From Candidatus Aenigmatarchaeota archaeon (GTDB lineage Archaea; Aenigmatarchaeota; Aenigmatarchaeia; Aenigmatarchaeales; JACQIB01): a stretch of DNA of 64,000 bases. The position numbers were made by a program, and so were the translations under genes. Below the pieces are notes generated by a model, which had not been told where the DNA came from, did no database searches, and saw only the letters and a program-made list of their open reading frames with translations. The DNA lies in contig JACQIB010000004.1 in assembly GCA_016198755.1 (NCBI GenBank), forward strand, positions 1 to 64,000, in the 5' to 3' direction. Shown piece after piece: positions 61,601 through 64,000 of the stretch (position 1 is the stretch's first letter; the number at the start of each line of letters is the position of its first letter).

Positions 61601-61881
61601 ATATTATAACCATTTCCATAGTTGTTGCTTCCTGCAAGCTCTCCCCTAACTTCCCTATGGGAAAACGATGAGCCATCTGGAGCAGAATAATGATAAACGT
61701 AGTCCCCTTCAGAGTACCAGTCCCTGAGCACAGCTGAATAGGACGGGGCTTGAACTGAATAGGTATCTACTCCAGTTCCCTTCTCTATAACTTCAGCTGC
61801 AGCAAACTGGGCAAAAAACCCTAAGAAAACAAGGGCAAATACAGCTGAAATAATCACTTTTCTATACATTTGTCCCCCCAT
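55687..61881 (-). CDS. P5: polymorphic toxin-like protein (shared Cys domain, ConA/LamG domains, NPFIQDSG-TM, hydrophobic region, REase-like domain, M48-like zincin)
   Basis: LamG W.H....YDG....YVDG...IG...YFKGAIDEVRIY in two copies. NPFIQDSG...AIPLAAG. LDYGIPGEVIEHT...IDKIVVVK. HEMGH...ELEAD homologous to P3. Start may be 61869. Confidence 0.8.
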   Translation of the reverse strand: MGGQMYRKVIISAVFALVFLGFFAQFAAAEVIEKGTGVDTYSVQAPSYSAVLRDWYSEGDYVYHYSAPDGSSFSHREVRGELAGSNNYGNGYNIFYYVLVYPNGTEKVLYEQRINTADATSSDYVKMTPEWIPEYRYHYTSKIDITAMNLTADISDYGHYKVELRRVEIPKIMLSKNPMENYNLEDKLDKWRAETINTMYYSSSWNNGDWWREYRDENCAAEGPVGNITLKTAVTVNRYGPINYPTTSCGNYNMNPASGYVCKYNYYEYTENDRYGSYVNHARTDKCWIERNNFEKIKVKDLQVGVIWTHEFDVKQPLTITAVKACGDIECKTNPAFRPAEDAFFFINTSEPAGLIMNVWKTQTAEETKEKYSYLKLGAEVKGDTSFMKITNDGIGYRKIITTDKFSYPLKIKWKGKYAFYQAGMVNMVYGDQEDFSMGHNNGNFIGFYLGTFDSGAMNTNYVGNVNLGQPEVNKEHTYELQVLKDKLVWFLDGNKINEVALSNPLPASRIGIIAYGGSVEFQLKEFQIDLGDGQITGNINGGDKFLNFTASNQAAVDKYSSYTFSIISEPEWGKPYILQNGKLKLSGGTNFPAQPSPESRYDRHGCGGDPNGCGWYSSSATFKTQDKFGYPVKIKWKGTIEAGYSELNYNNIQMMYRTKENFPMNNFLGFFWDGWYRRLYAVSDVIPVGQQWPPSVFLGDLSGTEHTFELDVYKDKVVWLLDGNKVMEQALSQPPEPGSAEVRALGELRVSFLLSELTVDKGDLVLKSDFSNPELLQPAYGDNTYLVGMRPQGPMDMNAYISNMLSKNRTPPKYTLLANWSFDGNFIDSIGERNGNLIGTVLYSAMGNIAFGGSEKMDVPNVINGLGNFEINTYFTYNKQANWQWIYGNGPDLTDVGVAITAGGDILRYHMTTENSAFYDGNGITQLVPGKVYHLRYVYDGNVVAGYIDGKLDFSRQITGKVKTSRQQAIGAGTWNKNEYYIGTISDFRIIVNNTAVFTGGFSGQAASFDGKQRIEVPNILNGLSGFKIEAWFKVDDFGTWRWIYGSGPDWTDVGVAATAGGNTLRYHLTTENGQFYNGGGQNIVSNGEWHKMEYVYDGVYARGYVDGKLDFERPMTGKVKTNRQQAIGAGFWNNNEYFKGAIDEVRIYKAETDIESLNIPKLSSTTYPFLFSPQEEGDYTLEFVARADERNDTFSQPIFVSYDNGDTGVAENFISNPFIQDSGGGGTGNENAGAAGGAAIPLAAGAVLAAGAGGIVLLSRSPRTGKVITGIKEGFTDYGNNLLKRSKEILDFIQEEKNGYWVKLWEARMRAEAAMWAQFNAAQAEKQKAQWLEENKQTIWAANQAQEAIDMLKSGKGDPGWFVERMQYLSENSDNKELSAQLAGLGMQIQSQLEARPAVVYTPELGKPAAPLVSAPAKAEPKGILDNVMGFFGNVLGNAKKLVGGVLDTVGKIPLIGQPIINAVNSARDFVVDKSEEIKKSADAMGLIGIGLIAAGVVLTPVGGIGIPILAAGIGLGAVSSAADLAVYGAKESVGRADEDDTTRAMFAPLGLIGGGVGSKGAKELLKGSGLTKSILKQITKSYGVEVARVVEQTVKISGRKFGKEEIEDITKVSKKLLESRDSTGKLMEGREAVSKYLATKDVPITNTMDLVIEPKAGPKLLDYGIPGEVIEHTKIGTPAEYRDITWRLRNKSEQLKYVKDKTRTVLIEIEEKSKFDLDDAKDMLEDLKTADSFGWENIDKIVVVKGNNLMELGVDLKTSNTLSTFTKLETDFAKMTLNLGGLFTTHHELAKMVLANEEGKRRYGGIIEDMDNAVNAILDRSVFAFGEAAVGVIRRDKPLSSLNKEDFEVLQEAVRKQEKNFGFSPNKIVVGDVEKGTFAQANFDTIRIGSSTPIVPRVIDFVFAHEMGHVFIAKNRFEGNLGFYMEKFEHGSKTWFNELEADALVRVKAGDKVFKDMVNYRVADITDALNENIDRQFSATQIESIISAELLAKRTGDSRLANQAHIPIKALINKGKVSEADYNEAKDIMDNWLTNTIDKGKVGSEAEAGEVQDQLMDILPR

Positions 61882-61914
61882 CTATTTGTATAGACAGTTT
61901 TAAAAACCTATCTT

Positions 61915-62316
61915 TTGTGGCAACACTGCTCTGGAAACCGCATATTTATACATTTCTTTCCAATTCTGTACATGATTTTTCCGGATTCTGGGAGGCGCCC
62001 AACAAGCTGGGACCAAGTTAGGATTTTTGATGACTTGGTTTCGTCTGAGGATGCAGAAAAGACAAGAGCCATACTATCCGGAGCTGAAAGGCGGTGCCCA
62101 TACCTTAAAATGCAGGGAAAATGGCCTTATTGTGGAAAGGGGCAGGTAATTGAGCCAGATGCACCTCAGCTGAAACCAACCCCAGACAATCCAATCTACA
62201 ATACCCATCTGGGTCATGAGTTTATGGAAATTTTCTGTGCAAGGGATTTTGAGGAATGTCTGGTATACAAGGGCGAAAAATCCCATAGGGCAGATTGGCT
62301 TGAAAACCTGCGCTGA
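61915..62316 (+). CDS. Small Cys-containing hypothetical protein (start probably ATG 61972)
   Basis: CPYL...PYC...FC...ECLVY; TATA-like TTTATA upstream of 61972. Confidence 0.55.
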   Translation: MWQHCSGNRIFIHFFPILYMIFPDSGRRPTSWDQVRIFDDLVSSEDAEKTRAILSGAERRCPYLKMQGKWPYCGKGQVIEPDAPQLKPTPDNPIYNTHLGHEFMEIFCARDFEECLVYKGEKSHRADWLENLR

Positions 62317-62353
62317 CTGTACAATGGAGGCTTTCCAATAAAATTCCAATATA

Positions 62354-64000
62354 CTAAATATTCCTGTTCCTTGGTCCCCCTAATGTTCCTTTAGAATAAT
62401 AAGACCTTGCTGCTGTTGAGCTTACAGTAGACGTGCTGGGATAGGTGGACTTGCTAACAGGGCTTTGACGATCAGAGGGGGATATGGGCATATCTCTTGG
62501 ATAGGTGGACTTTGTAGGCGTATCATACATCACATACCCATCTGCTCTGGTATAGTCCTTAGTAGCGTCCCTTGCAGAAGGGCCAGTCCATTTCTCTGCT
62601 GTCGTATAAAAATCAGATACAGAAAACCTTTCCAAAACTGACAACACTTCAATTCTGCTCGCTGTTTTCCACAACCCTGCGTTTGCCACATTAAGCCATA
62701 ATCCAGTTTCATTCTCGGGGGCATATGTAACGTTAGTGTTTATGTATTTTTGATTATTAATTGACCATAAAACCGAGAGATCTAAAGTGTTGTTAGTGGC
62801 TCCAGTCGTATAGGTTCCCAGATCAACTTTCTGCGGCATTACATTGCCAAAATAGCGTTCTCCTGGTCTTTGTTCTGGATTTGAATAATTGAGTATGGTA
62901 TTAAGTACACCAATGTAGGAAGAGAACAGTGTAGAGGCGACAGCAATTATTATATTTCTTGTATCTCTGAGTGCATAGTCCCATTTCTGTTGTTTTATAC
63001 TTATATCTAAATCGCGGCTGTTAGATATGATTCCAAATAGCGTACCAATAAATGGTATATTACCTAGTTTATCTATATCATCAGGTCTTTTCTCAATACC
63101 TGTGGCGTATACAAGTTCATCCTTTAGATTTGAAATCCTATTTTTTATACCGCTCCATTCTTTGGACTTTTCAAGGGCAAGGGAAGGATTAGGGTGGGTT
63201 TGCCACCCAATATAAGGTTCATATGCTTTTCTTACGTTTTCTTCTTCATAATTTAGTCTAGCAGCGAGCTTCTGAGCCTCGCTAATGGTCATCCTAGTTC
63301 CTAAAATTCTTTCTCTTGTTTGATAATAAGAAATCAAATTTTCTACCATATCGATTGCACTTGTATTGTAGGACTCGCCATATATTCTTACAAGTCCCAT
63401 TTCTGGATCTACAAGGGATATGCTGACAGGTTTTATCTCATTTTGTTCTCCAAAAGGAGACGATTTAAAATCTATAATGCTCCCCTTCTCTTGTCTCACA
63501 TTCTCAGAACCAACAAAGCCACCGCCAGTTCCAATACTATTCATCATTGTAGCGCCCGTTTTCAAAAGAAATCTACCATATCCAGTTCGCACAGCAATAT
63601 AGACACCTGCAACGGCGACAGTTCCGATAACACCTGCCACAGCTAACGGCAAAGCACTGCTGGCAGAGCTGCTGTTAGAATTGGTTTTTGTTTCCGAGCC
63701 AGAAGGGAAAACAAAGGGAGATGTTACCAAACCTGTTGCATCGGATCCATCAGCAGGAAAATAAGCGTCTGTTCCAGTTCCGTTAATAAAGTTCCAGCCC
63801 TCTTTAACAGGCTGATAGCCAAACCCAGAATTTTCCACTCTGTACAGATCCCATTTATCCACAGTAGTGTTTTCCCAGTGCGGATCGGATTTCCACCTAT
63901 AGTAAGATACATCTTGCCTGATCCAGCCCGAAGTTTTAATTATTGCCAAAATCTTGGCATTTGCAAGCTGCAGCCGGTGGCAACTGCTTTGCGTATCAGA
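62354..64000 (-). CDS. P6: divergent member of the P-family, 5'-truncated by the window edge
   Basis: Frame is open to base 64000. SPFVFPSG...SSALPLAVAGV TM plus basic residues. IPFIG hydrophobic region. C-terminus unrecognised. Confidence 0.7.
   Translation of the reverse strand, partial: SDTQSSCHRLQLANAKILAIIKTSGWIRQDVSYYRWKSDPHWENTTVDKWDLYRVENSGFGYQPVKEGWNFINGTGTDAYFPADGSDATGLVTSPFVFPSGSETKTNSNSSSASSALPLAVAGVIGTVAVAGVYIAVRTGYGRFLLKTGATMMNSIGTGGGFVGSENVRQEKGSIIDFKSSPFGEQNEIKPVSISLVDPEMGLVRIYGESYNTSAIDMVENLISYYQTRERILGTRMTISEAQKLAARLNYEEENVRKAYEPYIGWQTHPNPSLALEKSKEWSGIKNRISNLKDELVYATGIEKRPDDIDKLGNIPFIGTLFGIISNSRDLDISIKQQKWDYALRDTRNIIIAVASTLFSSYIGVLNTILNYSNPEQRPGERYFGNVMPQKVDLGTYTTGATNNTLDLSVLWSINNQKYINTNVTYAPENETGLWLNVANAGLWKTASRIEVLSVLERFSVSDFYTTAEKWTGPSARDATKDYTRADGYVMYDTPTKSTYPRDMPISPSDRQSPVSKSTYPSTSTVSSTAARSYYSKGTLGGPRNRNI

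Noticed and set aside
1-64000. CRISPR array, DGR, provirus, tRNA or rRNA
   Set aside because: No regularly spaced repeats, reverse transcriptase, adenine-specific TR/VR pair, capsid/terminase/integrase or structural RNA recognised by eye.

Overview
Archaeal genomic window, DPANN-like by inference: archaeal-type aspS, Hef/XPF, a HerA-like ATPase, PGF-pre-PGF and EMC6-like proteins, TATA-type promoters. Two accessory blocks (1-21.8 kb and 50.8-64 kb) encode six paralogous giant modular proteins, here P1-P6. Their shared plan is: signal peptide, variable lectin-like ectodomain, a conserved (N/S)PF(V/I)QD(S/T)G...A(I/L)PLA(A)G-TM junction, a charged helical region, and a shuffled string of C-terminal effector-like domains (HExxH zincins, PD-(D/E)xK-like nucleases). 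Three of them are followed by small coupled genes that look like immunity genes. Near-identical 300-430 bp junction repeats occur in opposite orientations and could swap C-terminal modules by inversion. Two families of short non-coding repeats bracket individual genes in the same block. The middle of the window holds cell-surface protein genes (M6 protease, PQQ propellers, Ig-like repeats, fibre-like adhesins), a secreted Tim44-domain protein with four tandem 132-aa Hint domains each ending HN-K, a split Hef helicase/XPF pair, aspS, and a RelBE-type TA pair flanked by a duplicated aspS 3' end. No rRNA, tRNA, CRISPR array, integrase or transposase was recognised. All domain calls are by-eye motif recognition, not database hits.
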